64,000 nt of DNA from Geosiphon pyriformis uo1 (lineage: Eukaryota; Fungi; Glomeromycota), in contig JAAOMT010000258.1 of the NCBI GenBank assembly GCA_016748015.1, forward strand, positions 622,173 through 686,172, read 5' to 3'. A program made the translations under genes and the position numbers. Within the stretch, counting starts at the first letter, position 1. Each line of letters opens with the position of its first letter. The notes beneath the pieces are model-generated. The model ran no database searches and was not told the origin of the DNA. It saw only the letters and a list, made by a program, of their open reading frames with translations. This document shows, piece by piece, positions 1 through 12,079 of this stretch.

Positions 1-1769
1 TCTTTATAATCAAAAATAAAAATAAAAAAAAAAGAAGTAAAGAATATATTTCATAAATTTTCAACAAAAAAAGAAGTAAAATGAAAAAATTTATGAAATT
101 CTTTAATAAAAAAATCATATTATGAAAAGATTTACCATCACAAAGCTTTAATATTAATTCTATACATTTTTACTTTTAGGAAATCTTTTTCCACCACGAG
201 ATACACGATGTATATAATTTAAATATTTCATTTTAAAAAAACTTTTTAACAACAACAATAATAATAATAATAATAAAACTTAATAGGATTTAATATGTTT
301 TAAAATGAAAATAGCCACATAAAATGATAAAAACTTTGAACCTTATGATTAACGATTTGTGAAATGAACAGGATATTATAATGAAGAGATAAAGCGATAA
401 TAATAGGATTATCATATCAGAAACCAACAATTTCTCATTTCGTTATTAGTCACCAACCAGAAACGTACTTTAAAAATATATATATATATATATTTTCTAT
501 TTGGAACAATACTCGAAAACATAATTTATTTAAAATAACTTTGATAACCCATTTCTAGCTATAATAAAAAAAGTAGCATCAAAAATCAACAAAAATGGGA
601 TTTTTGTTCTTTTAAAAACAAATTTTTAATCAAAATCATTAAACAATGACACAATTTCTAGTAAAAAAATTTTGAAAAAAACTGCAAGTTAATAAGTTTT
701 ACAATCAAAAAAATTGAAAGAAATTATGAATCTCAAAAATTGTTGGAAAATTTATTTGTAAAAAATGATTTCATGCCCAAGAAATTTACAGGGCTATCAT
801 AAAAAAAAGTAAGGGTAATTTTTGTAGAAGAAATAAAAATTGATTTCCTGTTTTGATTAGCAACAAAAACAAATTTAAGAATTTGAGTACAGTTTTCGAG
901 AGTTATTATTTATTTTTAATTTTAAAAGACACCCAAACAGCCAAACAGCCAAAAACTCAAAAGAATGCCCCTGAAAATCTACGTCAGACGGAACACGTGA
1001 ACATATGCTGTGTAGACTTTTTTCACGAAAGCTCAATCCGTAAAATTCCGCTTATCTCATTTACGTTTGATAGTAAAGTTCCCCTGATCCAAAGATTTTC
1101 TAATTGTTAAGTGCCAAGTAAAATTGGGTTGGTTCGAGACTCTAAAAAATTTTATGACGAGCTGTGAGTAATTTGTTTTTAATAGTTAAACTTTGATTTT
1201 GTAAAAATGTCACGCATAATATTCTTTAGGGGGAAGGGGGTCATTCTCTTAAAGAAAAGCAATATATATATATATATATATATTTTTAACATTGTTCCAA
1301 ATAAAACACAATGGCAATAGAAATCTTTTTTGTTTTAAATATATTGACCACATTTTTTATTTTCGGATGTATTGAGATTTTCTACCTTTTTAAAATTCCA
1401 GAAAAGGATAAAATAACATTTTTTACTTGGGAAAAGGATAAATTTTTTTTGTACAAACTTTTTTTTTTACAGATAACATCAAAAAATTCAGAATGTTTCA
1501 CATTGAAAAAAGTCTCTTACAAAAAAAAATTCTGAAAATAAACTGTTGTTTCTAATATTTCAAGATAGATAAATCTTTGCTTCTTTATTTACGGGTTTAC
1601 GAGTTTTACAAAGTTTTAGAATTCGTGAACGAATCAAGTTTTTTGTTTTAGTATAGGAATATTTGATGATTAATTTATAATTAATTTCATTTTTTTAAAA
1701 TAAAATGTTTTATAATTAAAAAAAAGGTAATAATTTGGGTATGTTATATATTTGGTAGATTTTAACTTT

Positions 1770-1806
1770 CATGATGATGATGATGATGATGATTATTATT
1801 ATTATG
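1770..1806. repeat. (ATG)n/(ATT)n microsatellite
   Basis: Sequence reads atgatgatgatgatgatgatgattattattattatg. Other simple repeats, (TA)n, occur at ~476-493, 1262-1283 and 2358-2374. Confidence 0.85.
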
Positions 1807-3588
1807 TTTATGATGATCAGAGATTCTGATAAATCTTCAAAAGTGAATGCATTTATTTTTATTCTCATGACCACCAAACTTTACTTCATTGTAAAGGATC
1901 CAAAATAATCGTTTCACATTTGTGTTACATCAAAAAATAATAATTTATTATTATTATTTAATTTTAATTTTAAGAACCTTTCAACACTGCAGGGTTCGAT
2001 GACACCATTGTTTCTCGATTATTCGTTAAACTAGCCCTATTTTTAACAAACATTTAAAAAAAAAAAAAAAAAAGGTTAAAAAAGTTTTTTATTTTAGATG
2101 GTCCAAGTGGCGAGGATCTTTTTATGCAAACTGCATTGATTACTAATCTGTTATATGATGGGAATTTTTTTTATTAAAATCATTCTCAAATTTTGGTGAA
2201 AACTATTGAAACGAGAAAGGATTAAAAATTTTTTTTTGATATTGTTGATGATGGTTATTTTCTTTTGAAATTACATCTCTTAAATTAAATTCAAACATAC
2301 CAACGAATGATCGAGGGAGCATATATTTGTTCAATATAAAGTATGAAAGAATGTCATTATATATATATATATATGTGTTCTGAACCGAATTAGGATTTGA
2401 CCGATTCTAAGAATGGGTTGATCAACATCTGAACTATTCTAGAATTGGGTCTTCTACAAACTAGTTTAATACAATTTTCGGCTTTAATATCCGACGGTTT
2501 TTTTTTTAAAATTTGCAAAAATATGCTTGACTTTTCATATTTACAGTTTCGTATTGATATCATCTGTTTCTAATTTGTTAGAGATCGATTCACAAAAATG
2601 ATGAATAAAGGAAAATACATACATACTTGACGTTTCAAAGATTATTTTCCATTATATGCGAGAATTAATTTAAATAAATCATTTCTAATTTTGTAAATCA
2701 TGCTAAAATTTATTTTAACGTTTCTTATCATCAAAGATCCTTGGAATAAAAAATTTTATGGTTCATTCTAGAAAAAGATTCAAACAAACTTTATAACTCG
2801 TTTGGAAAACAAATTGACATTTCAATAATGTACATGTATCATGTGCCCTTGTTAAATCGGGTAAAGATTTCTCATTCAAAATGTCAAATAAGGGAACTTG
2901 ATACAGTTTTAAAAAAAACCATTTCATGGAAAAATAAACAGGATCTTGACATAATATCTTTCATTTCAAATCATTTATCAACTATTGACGGAAAATTTTC
3001 AAAAAAAAAGAAAGTTTTTAATGAAAATCCTAAGCGTAGATCTCAATAACACTAAATTCGTGTATCAAAGCAAACTGTGGAACTGTAACATGATAGATCT
3101 TCATCATCTTCATTGTCATAAACATTATTGGCAAAAATATCAAACAAAAAAGGATCCCATTGTTTTAATATTGTTGAAAGGATTCATACAATATTAACAC
3201 GAGAACATTTCGGCTCTATCTAGGCTGTGGTGACATTGTGGCCGAGGGTTCAAAAGATTTCAAACGATGACAAGTTTTTCTCGGTGGTATTTGGAGAAAT
3301 CTCAAAGTTTCAAGATTGAAATTTAAAAAAGAGATAGAAAGAAAACAATGGTACGAGTTTCTTTTTTTGGTAAGATAACAAAGTGTGAAGCATTAAAAGT
3401 AGAGAAGGGGAAAACAAGAAGAGTTAAAGAGTCTAAAAAATATAGAATATAAAAAGCGAGACAAAAAAACCAACCAACTAAACAACAAATAAACAAACAA
3501 ACAAAAAAACAAAACAAACAAACAGATTTTCTCCTAGAAGAAATTAGAGAAAATCTTTGTGAAAAAATAAAATTCTTTATTATAAAAA

Positions 3589-4098
3589 ATGACCGTACCG
3601 TATTTAAAATCAACCACCGATCAAAAAGTTCCCGATCTTCAATCGAAACACGATGATCCATTCTATGAAGATCTCGGCATGTTCCAAGATGAAATTCCAA
3701 TCGCTTATATCTTGGCCGAATTACACGCTCTCGGTCCTTCCTATTTTAATGATAAATTTACAGCCGATGTCGAGCTTTGGGTAGAAGGGATCAATAATCC
3801 ATTCTGGGTCCATAGAGAATTTCTTGTATTCCAATCAAGTTTCTTTGAAGAGATTTTTGGAAAAATTAATAACGGTGATTTAGTTAAAATTAAAGTTCCA
3901 GCACCGGAAACTTTTTCATTCATCTTTGAGGTTTTATATGATGGTAACTTGGAAAAGTTTTATGAATGCTTGACCATTGAAAATTATTGGAGTGTTTGGA
4001 AAAATGTGGAATATTTGGGATTAGGTAATGATTTGAGGACCGTTTGTTTCGATTATTATCAAAATGAAGTATGTGAAAATTTTGGTTTGCCAATTTGA
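3589..4098 (+). CDS. BTB/POZ-domain protein
   Basis: Intact 169-aa ORF. ADVELWVEG...FWVHREFLVFQSSFFEEIF...PETFSFIFEVLYDG matches the BTB pattern (sDv.l.v....f.aHr.vL...S.fF.....F..ll.ylY.g). CpGs are retained. Confidence 0.85.
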   Translation: MTVPYLKSTTDQKVPDLQSKHDDPFYEDLGMFQDEIPIAYILAELHALGPSYFNDKFTADVELWVEGINNPFWVHREFLVFQSSFFEEIFGKINNGDLVKIKVPAPETFSFIFEVLYDGNLEKFYECLTIENYWSVWKNVEYLGLGNDLRTVCFDYYQNEVCENFGLPI

Positions 4099-6148
4099 AA
4101 TTTTTTGAATCTAAATTTTTTCAAGGATCCCACCTTTTTTTCAAATTTAATTTATTCTTGGTCTTTGGGTTACTATCTTGTACATTGTATCTGTATATTA
4201 AAATTTTGCTTTTTATTTGCTAAAGAAGCATATCTTATCTTGAATTTTTTTTAGTTTTTAGTTTTTCGTATAACTTATTTGACCATAGTACCCTTAAATT
4301 AAACCTTTTGATATTTATATTTTTTTTAAATAAATTTTTGATTCTATCCAAAAATGTGTGATTGATTGATCATTGTGATGACCATTAGTGCTGAAAAATG
4401 ATTCATATGATTAGTTTTACAGGAGGGGGAAAGGGAGAGCTTGAAAAAATCCAATAAAATAAAATTTTATATATAAAAAAAAAACTTTTATCATACACTA
4501 ATTTTTACTATACTTTCTGTTAGATTTCATTTTATAATGTTTGTAATAACCGTTTTTTTTTTCTTCTTTTTTAGGGTCGGAATATAGTAAAAATATATAT
4601 ATTACAGATAATTTACACATGAAATTTTGAGTTTAAAACAAAAGATAGAAATTTTTTTTTTAAAAAAAAAAAAAAAAAAACCATGACCCTCCAAATAATT
4701 AAGAACATTAGAAATCGACCTCATAAGTTACATATGACTTGAAATCTTTTAAATTTAGATTTATTTGTGACCGCTGCCAATTCCTCAAATTTCAACGAAC
4801 ATGTTGCCTAATCATTTTAAATGCATTTGATAATCTGGTAGAACAACAGTCTCTGAAAAAAATTAAAATTAAAAAAAAACCTTAAATCTTTGTAAAATGT
4901 TTGTTAATTAGTACAACATATCACTACAGCGTCCGAGCCCCTGCCATATCGAAGTTTTAACTTTAAAGTTAAAAATAGTTTAATTAAACAATGAGGCGTT
5001 TAAATTTTCAATCCGGAATCACAAGAAACGCCATCTTAAATGCCAGACACTCTTAAATCAAACCCCTTAATGGATTTTTTGATATCAAAGGTCAATTTTC
5101 CCCAAATGACACGATGCATACCGATGATCATTTTAGTGCAGTTTCGAACTTTATACTGTAGCTGGGAATTTCTCAAAAGTTATTTTTTTTTCCCTGGCTA
5201 ATAGTTAAAATAAAATGAAATGAATTAAAAAATATCAAGATATCTTGAATAATATTGATTTTATAGTCGTGACTTTAATCTATTTTTAAACCTTTGTTTT
5301 TTAAAAAAAAATTTAAAATTATCTTGAGCCTGGAAATTTCGAAGATTCTAGAAATAAATTATTTTTTTTTTTTAAAATGATATCATCATGATAAAATTTT
5401 CAAAAAAGTATTACAAATTCTTTATATCAAAAAATTAAATAAATCTTTTTACAAATAAAATAATTCGGAAATTTGAAATAACCATAAAAAAAATAAATGT
5501 AATAACATTAACTTGATTTCGTTAAATTTATCACCAAAAGTAACTATTATTAGAATTTATGTCAAAGAATAATATAATAATTATAAAATTACTAAATTAC
5601 ATCCACTGCTAAAAATTTTGGATTTTAGATCACTAGTAAAAGTTAAACATATATTTTTTCCATCTATATTTAATCTATTTTTGTGATAAACTGATAAATT
5701 GTAAAAAAATAATATTGAATTGTGATAAACTGATAAAAAAGTGTAAAAAAATAATTTAAATATAAATTATTTTTTACTTTCATATCTAAATCAAAAATAT
5801 AGATTAAAAATATAAATCAAAATGATATAATAAAAATAAGTATTTTTTATTTATACATTTATATCATACACTTATCAGATTAATACTAATATAATTAATT
5901 TATTTTTAATTAGATATATTTTTTATAAATTATTATATAAATAATATATATATATTTTTTTTGAACACTAAATGTGAGAAAATTGCTATTTATAATAAAA
6001 ATAAAAAATGAATTTTTTAAGTATAATAAATATTGTTTAAATTACAGTATATCTGTTTTAAAACTAAAATATCAACTAATAAAATTTATTTTCATTATAC
6101 TTTTCAGCTTTAAACTCTTTATCAGTAGACTGATTATACAAATTTTCT

Positions 6149-6625
6149 TTAATACATCTCTGTAAGCATCTCTTCAACTTCTTTAATAGTAAAATCATTG
6201 AATGAATTATCATCCCAACACTTTTCAATTACTTCAGCAATACAAGATGAAATAAGAGGGAAGGTAAATTTATTATTATTTAAAATATCTATCACGAGAA
6301 AATGATAAAAAAAAGAGGCTTTTCCGTTGCTAATTCCTATAATAAAATCCTTAAACTATAAATATCCCCAGCCATTCTATAATTTTCTCCTCTTGAAACT
6401 TTTGGTAGAATGTTTGAAATCATTATAAATATTTTTTAACACACAATCGAGGTCTCCTATTGATGCTACACTGGCTGCGTATCGTAGAATGTTGCCCGAG
6501 ATGAATTTATACACCAGCAGAATGAATTTGGGTTAGTCCTCTAGCTATACTTCGCATTATCGATAATTAACAGACCAATCAGTGAAATGAAAATGTGGAT
6601 AATAGATTTTTCCGCATATTTCCAT
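6149..6625 (-). pseudogene. Tyrosine-kinase-like (TKL) protein kinase pseudogene fragment, subdomains V-XI
   Basis: Manual minus-strand translation across frameshifts gives MEYAE...SIARGLTQIHSAGV*...SGNIL...SIGDL...LPKVSRGENYRMAGDIYSLRILL*ELATEKPLF...LVIDIL...IAEVIEKCWDD...TIKEVEEML. HRDL is missing and a Trp codon has become TAG. Not in the ORF track. Confidence 0.8.
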
Positions 6626-7448
6626 TTTTGGCGAAGCCCCGTAATCAAGTGTTTCATGAAAATAAATAAATAAATATTAACTAAATAAAAATTGTACGTT
6701 CAAATGAATATAATAATTTGATTGCCTCATTAAAAAGACTTCTTCATCATGTCTTCACAAATTTTATTACCAATCTTTTATATTTCATTTAACCATAATG
6801 TTTTTTTACTCATTTTTCATTGAATTCATCAATATAAATTAATTTATAATTGTAACCCAATTACAAATAGAAAAGATTCAAAGTTAAAATTCATTTTAAA
6901 TAGTATTTTTCTCGGGCCTTCCAAAACATAATAATTCTTGTACTAAGTGACTGTTTTACCTTATTTTGGCAGTATTTAAATAAATCTAAATTTAATTGCA
7001 TGAATCATATTTTATTTTCTACAATACATGGCTTAAATAAAAATTTTGAAATCATTTTATTGAACACTTATCTTTACTCAAATTGAGAAATTCAGAAAAG
7101 TAACTACAGGTCTCACCATTTGATTAATTTAAAGAAATATAAACTGTATGAATTTATTGAAAATCAATATAAATCAAAGCTAACCGAATTTCTGAAATTT
7201 TTTTGAGCAAGATTTTTTGCCAAGGAAACAAACTATTTTATATCTTTTCAAGAGTGTATAAAAAATTGTTTAAATTATAATTTATCGAGTTGTTGTATAC
7301 CTTTTTAGAACAGTCTTACAAGTTTTTATCTGCGTAACAATAATTTTTGGTAATAAACCAAGCAGTTGAGCTGCCAGAAATCAATAAACTTAAATATCCC
7401 GATGATTATTTATATTTACTTGATATGCTGTATAATCTTTTGATCATC

Positions 7449-7898
7449 ATGGATATTTGGACTTGCTCCCAACGTGGTTTACTTTCTTCTCTTCAATCGC
7501 TTCCCAAGGCTCAAATCTTAAGTTTAATAAATACATTAGGTCTAGCAAAAGATGACTCATCTTATGGACGTAAAGATAAATATGGTTACAAAGGTGTTGT
7601 ACTCACTCCACAAAAAAAATACGCTTTATATGGTGCTGCTTCACAAAATGATGCTACAAAGAAAGCGACACCCTTGGTTTTTGCGGTGATTGGAGGACAT
7701 TTGGATGTTATTAAATTTTTAATTGAGAATGGAGCTGATGTGAATAAAAAAAATAATGGATGTGGTGCAAGTGCATTAGAAATTGTAGAACGAAATCGGC
7801 TGAAGAGTGTTTTGAAGGTTTTTGAAGAGTTGGAACGGGAAAAAGATGAAGGAGAACCGCAGGAAGAAGAGAAATCAGAAATAATCGCTGAATATTAA
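7449..7898 (+). CDS. Small ankyrin-repeat protein
   Basis: TPLVFAVIGGHLDVIKFLIENGADVNKKNNGCGASALEIV is a canonical ankyrin repeat. ATG at 7449 (MDIWTCSQRG) is preferred over the TTG start in the ORF track. Acidic C-terminal tail. Confidence 0.8.
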   Translation: MDIWTCSQRGLLSSLQSLPKAQILSLINTLGLAKDDSSYGRKDKYGYKGVVLTPQKKYALYGAASQNDATKKATPLVFAVIGGHLDVIKFLIENGADVNKKNNGCGASALEIVERNRLKSVLKVFEELEREKDEGEPQEEEKSEIIAEY

Positions 7899-8288
7899 AA
7901 ACTATTATTTCAGCTAAGGAAATAAAGATTCAAATGAATGAATGAATGAATGAATAACTGAAAAAGCAGAAAATCTTTGGGCTTAAAACCGTTTTTGAGG
8001 TTCCGGCTTTTAAACTAAATTTTTGAGTTATTTCTTATGTATTTAGAAATTTGTCCAAGAATGTATTAAGAGTTTCAATGCTTAGACATTCCCAATACTG
8101 CAACTGCAGGAGATTTTTATGTAGATTGGGAAAGAATGTAACTTTTTCAATTTGGTTTAAAAAGATGAAAGGATTTCACCAATATATAAAACCTCATTCT
8201 AAACATCACAAGAACAATTGCTAATTTTTAAGAATATTTGGGACAATTTGGAAATTCATAGATTGAAAGATTTTAGAGAAAATTAACA

Positions 8289-9657
8289 TCAAATTGAAGA
8301 TTCATGTCGTAATTCTTTAATTACGTCATTATATTTCAAGTCATATCCAAAATATGGACCCCAATGAGAATCTTTTACTGACCGATCGTTTAGTATATTC
8401 ACAAAACTGAATTGTAAATTACATTGCTAAAAGAAATGAAAATTACCATTTTTTGAGTATTTGAAAAAATTTAAAGTTTTAATTATATAAGAAAAAACTT
8501 ACTGGATTTTCAGCGTAACTGTTTTTCACAAAACACATATAAACTTCGAGAGGTTTGGTTTCACAATCGCATTGATTTTGTTTTGGGATCCAATATTCCA
8601 TTCGTAAATGATTATACAATTTATCAGATGGAAATGAAGGAATTTGATCATCCGCGTGTGTGATACGATACACTTCAAGTTTTGAATCCACAAAACTTGC
8701 AAAGGCGATATTACCCATACGTGGTTGACCAAATGTAACAACTTTAGGTACTCCTTTAGAGTATTGACGAAACATTAGAGCGGCAAAAATGGCATAAACT
8801 AAAAAAGAAATAATGTCAATTTCAGCTTAAAAGTATTCAAAAACTAGATACTTAACAGGCTTACCACCACTAATACCGAGCCCCATAAATATTAGATCAC
8901 GTCTTCTTTCGGTTAACAAGAAATTCGTTCGATGATTTTCAAATGTACTTTCAAGTTTCGACATTATTCGAATCCAGTTTTCATAAAGATAATTATCAAC
9001 TTCAGCCCCGATAAATTCTGGATATGATATTAAAAAATGTTTTTGTTTATTCCAATCATCTAAAATTCTTTGCTTTGTTTTAAACAAGATAATTAAATCA
9101 CTGGGTGGTTCATTTCGTCTAATCGGTTTTCTCGATTTTGTGATAATTTGAACTGAAAGAAAAATTTGGATCCTTAATTAAATGAGACACTAAAAAGGAA
9201 TTCAAATAAATCTACCTCAAAGATTTAAAAAAATTGAACTATATTTACCCCAAGTTCCATTTGAAAGGTTTTCACCCCATATATGTGTAAAAGTAGTTAA
9301 TGCAAAAGAAGTATACTCTTTAAGCATAGACAATGTTTTCGGATTGATCACTTTTGCTGTAACATATTCATTATTTCTAGTTTGGAATCTTTCGTGTGAT
9401 GAACTAAAAAAGAAGCTTTTTTTGCTATTATTAAAATATTTCTTTGGCTGGGAAATGAGATGTTGTGAAGATATTTTAGGTATTATTTCATCACCTCGAA
9501 TATCTTTTAAATATGAAAATACTTGAAAAAATAAAAAAAATGTTATTGTGATTAGAAAAAAATATTTAGACAATCTTAAAATGAAAGGGTTTCCGAAAAA
9601 AAAATCCATCCTGATTTTTCGTATGTTGTGAAAGTAGCGGATTATCTTGGATTTCAT
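8289..9657 (-). CDS. Secreted/membrane-anchored class 3 lipase-like protein, 4 exons (9657-9249, 9152-8865, 8798-8503, 8426-8289)
   Basis: Three GT-AG introns (96, 66, 76 nt) splice in frame. Hydrophobic N-terminus; VVTFGQPRMGN, RITHADDQIPSFP and H-W-GPYFG are lipase-3 motifs. Start could alternatively be ATG at 9609. Confidence 0.8.
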
Positions 9658-10099
9658 AGTGGCAATTATCTAATTTAACAAGGTTGTGAATCTATTTTTT
9701 CATTTGAACACTTGATTCGAAAATAAAAAGAAAAGGTTTTATCTTCTCTACAATCATTTAATATCTGGTATGGGTAGATTTGTTGATTGAACAAATAACT
9801 GATGAACATGATTTTTCCGATCAAATCATGTTAAACATAAAAAACGAATCAAGAATAAGTTTCCAAACAACAATTATTTCTAAAAGTACTTTTTTTTTTT
9901 TTTTGATGATCTCACAATTAAAACACCACAACATTTTTAGCTTTCAAATGTTAAAATTACATAATTATTTTTCAATATTGCTAAACAAATTTCAACTTAA
10001 TTGATCAGATGTATAAAAATAAAATTTGGGCTTAAGGGTATAAAATTTTTAAAAAACTTTATCTTAAAAAATGAAATTATTTGGTTATTATGTAAAAAC

Positions 10100-10131
<32 letters not shown>

Positions 10132-10261
10132 ATCATAATAATGAATAAAAATTATTTATAATATATTGGCCCATTTGTACAATTAATTAATACAAAATTT
10201 TATATATTTTGATAATATTATAATATTTTTTTTTATCTCTTTAATTAATTAATTATTGAAT

Positions 10262-10944
10262 TCAATAGTGGCTGCAGTTACTTGTTCTACCCAATAACTT
10301 AAAGCTTGGTCTAATAATAGAGATTTAAGACTTTTGTGTTAAATAGATCTTTCTGAAATTTTATTAATTTCAAAATTCAACTACTTTGCATGCTCTTTAA
10401 TTATCTTGGAGACAATTGGACAAGAAATATGAAGTTCTGGATATTTATGATTAAGCTATAATATCATGTTTTATGCCATAGTGATTTTTGGAATATTGAC
10501 AAATTTTTTTACAAAGAGCATTATTAACTGCTGCTCATTTTTGTTTTTTGAATAAAGGTTCTGACATTGTGATAATTTAGCAAGTCTGTTAGAAAATATG
10601 CCTATAACAATAATATTAGATTTGGTTTTAGCAAGCCTAAATAAGGGTAAGTGGCCATAAATGAAAACAGACAAGATCAAAAAAAGTAAGTCCAATGTAA
10701 ATCGATTTAAAAGAAAGTTAAAATAAAATCAATTCAATAAGTTCTAACTCTTTTTAACACGTAATATTTGTTCTTATATGAAGGTAAATTTCGAATAAAC
10801 ATTTGATAAAATTATGTTCTTGTTCCTTTATAAATTGTTCTTATATAAAGGAAAAATTGTTAATTAATCAATTGGTCCTATAAAAAAATTTTCTTTGTAA
10901 GAGGTTGTTCTTTTATTGAGAGTTTTTTTATGGAGGTCTGACTG
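10262..10944 (-). mobile_element. pogo/Tigger-like DNA transposon 5' remnant (TIR plus CENP-B-type HTH fragment)
   Basis: Minus strand begins TA|CAGTCAGACCTCC. Repeated TTGTTCTT(A/T)TAT subterminal sites. Decayed translation VSKIIKE...HKSLKSLLLDQALSYWVEQVTAA resembles the CENP-B HTH. Other end not found. Confidence 0.6.
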
Positions 10945-10946
10945 TA

Positions 10947-12075
10947 TAAAAATTTAATTTGTAGATATGGCTGTCCAAAAAAGCTACTCTTAAACCAAAA
11001 AACCTATTTTGTAAACAATCTGCTCATGAAAATCAGCCAATGTTTTGAGATAAAACAATCTCTTTTATTACTTTACTATTCACAGACAAATAAATTGGTA
11101 GAATGTTTTAATAGAACACTATGCAAATCACTTGTGAAAATAAGCAATAAAATAGAATAAAAATGAGATTTATTTATTTCTTCAGTTTTATTGATTCATT
11201 AAACACTAAAACAAAACACTACAAAATTTATACTATTCAAATTAGCATGTAAAAAAAATGCTATATTATCAATAAAACTAATAATAAATACTTTTCCAAT
11301 AGAACCAATAAACAAAAACAATTTACAAAAAACTATTAAAAAATGGGCTTACAAACTACTAGAAAAATTAGAAAACAATTGTAAACATATAATTAATAAT
11401 ATTAAGTATTCTTAAAAACAATAAAAAGCTTGACATAATAGCAAACTTCCAGAATAATTTGTTGTTTACAAAATAAAAAACAAAGTTTTATTATACTAAA
11501 CAAAAACAGAAAAACAATAAAGTGAAAAATTTAATAATAAATAGGACAGATTCTTTTATGTTTACAATATTTTGGATAATAAAACATATAAGTTATATTT
11601 AAATAAAAAAATTCAAAGAAAATTGCACATGATAACTAATTAAAAATTTATTATCAACAATAATTATTTGATCTGTTAATATTTGAATTAAAAACACATA
11701 TATCAATTATGTCTTCTAACTAATTTTTTTTTTATTACATTTAATGAATGAGGTCCAAAACTAAATTTTACAAGATTTAGAATCAATAATAATTATTAAA
11801 TATTATTCAAAAGACAAATTATTTGACCAGTCATATTTTGTTGTTACTATTAATATTTAAAAAAAATTAAAACAATCTCAAAAATAGTTAAAAAAATTAA
11901 AAACATTAAATTATTAAAAAATTCTTTTAATTTTTATATATAAAAATAATTTATTTTATTATTACTATGAATATATTCAAAAACATTATAAATACTTTTT
12001 AATTTTTATTTTGATTACTACAAAAATCTAATTTTCAATTAAAAATTACTCTTAATAATTTTGAAATTTCATATA
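10947..12075 (+). mobile_element. Ty3/gypsy family 2, unit a: decayed integrase and start of 3' region
   Basis: ICRYGCPKKLL...QTNKLVECFNRTLCKSL integrase core. Homologous to minus strand 44740-45130. Continues at 19950 after LINE A. Confidence 0.75.
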
Positions 12076-12079
12076 AAAA

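Noticed and set aside
853-3197. Short ORFs in the first 3.2 kb (and at 5974, 9780)
   Set aside because: Low-complexity F/K/I/L-rich translations of AT-rich intergenic DNA; no motifs or splice support.
12063-12069. GAAATTT as TSD of LINE A (also at 19950)
   Set aside because: The uninterrupted paralogue (rc ~44685-44710, AATTTTATATAGAAAAAGAAATTCAGCC) already contains both motifs. The insertion is in the A-run, so the TSD cannot be resolved.
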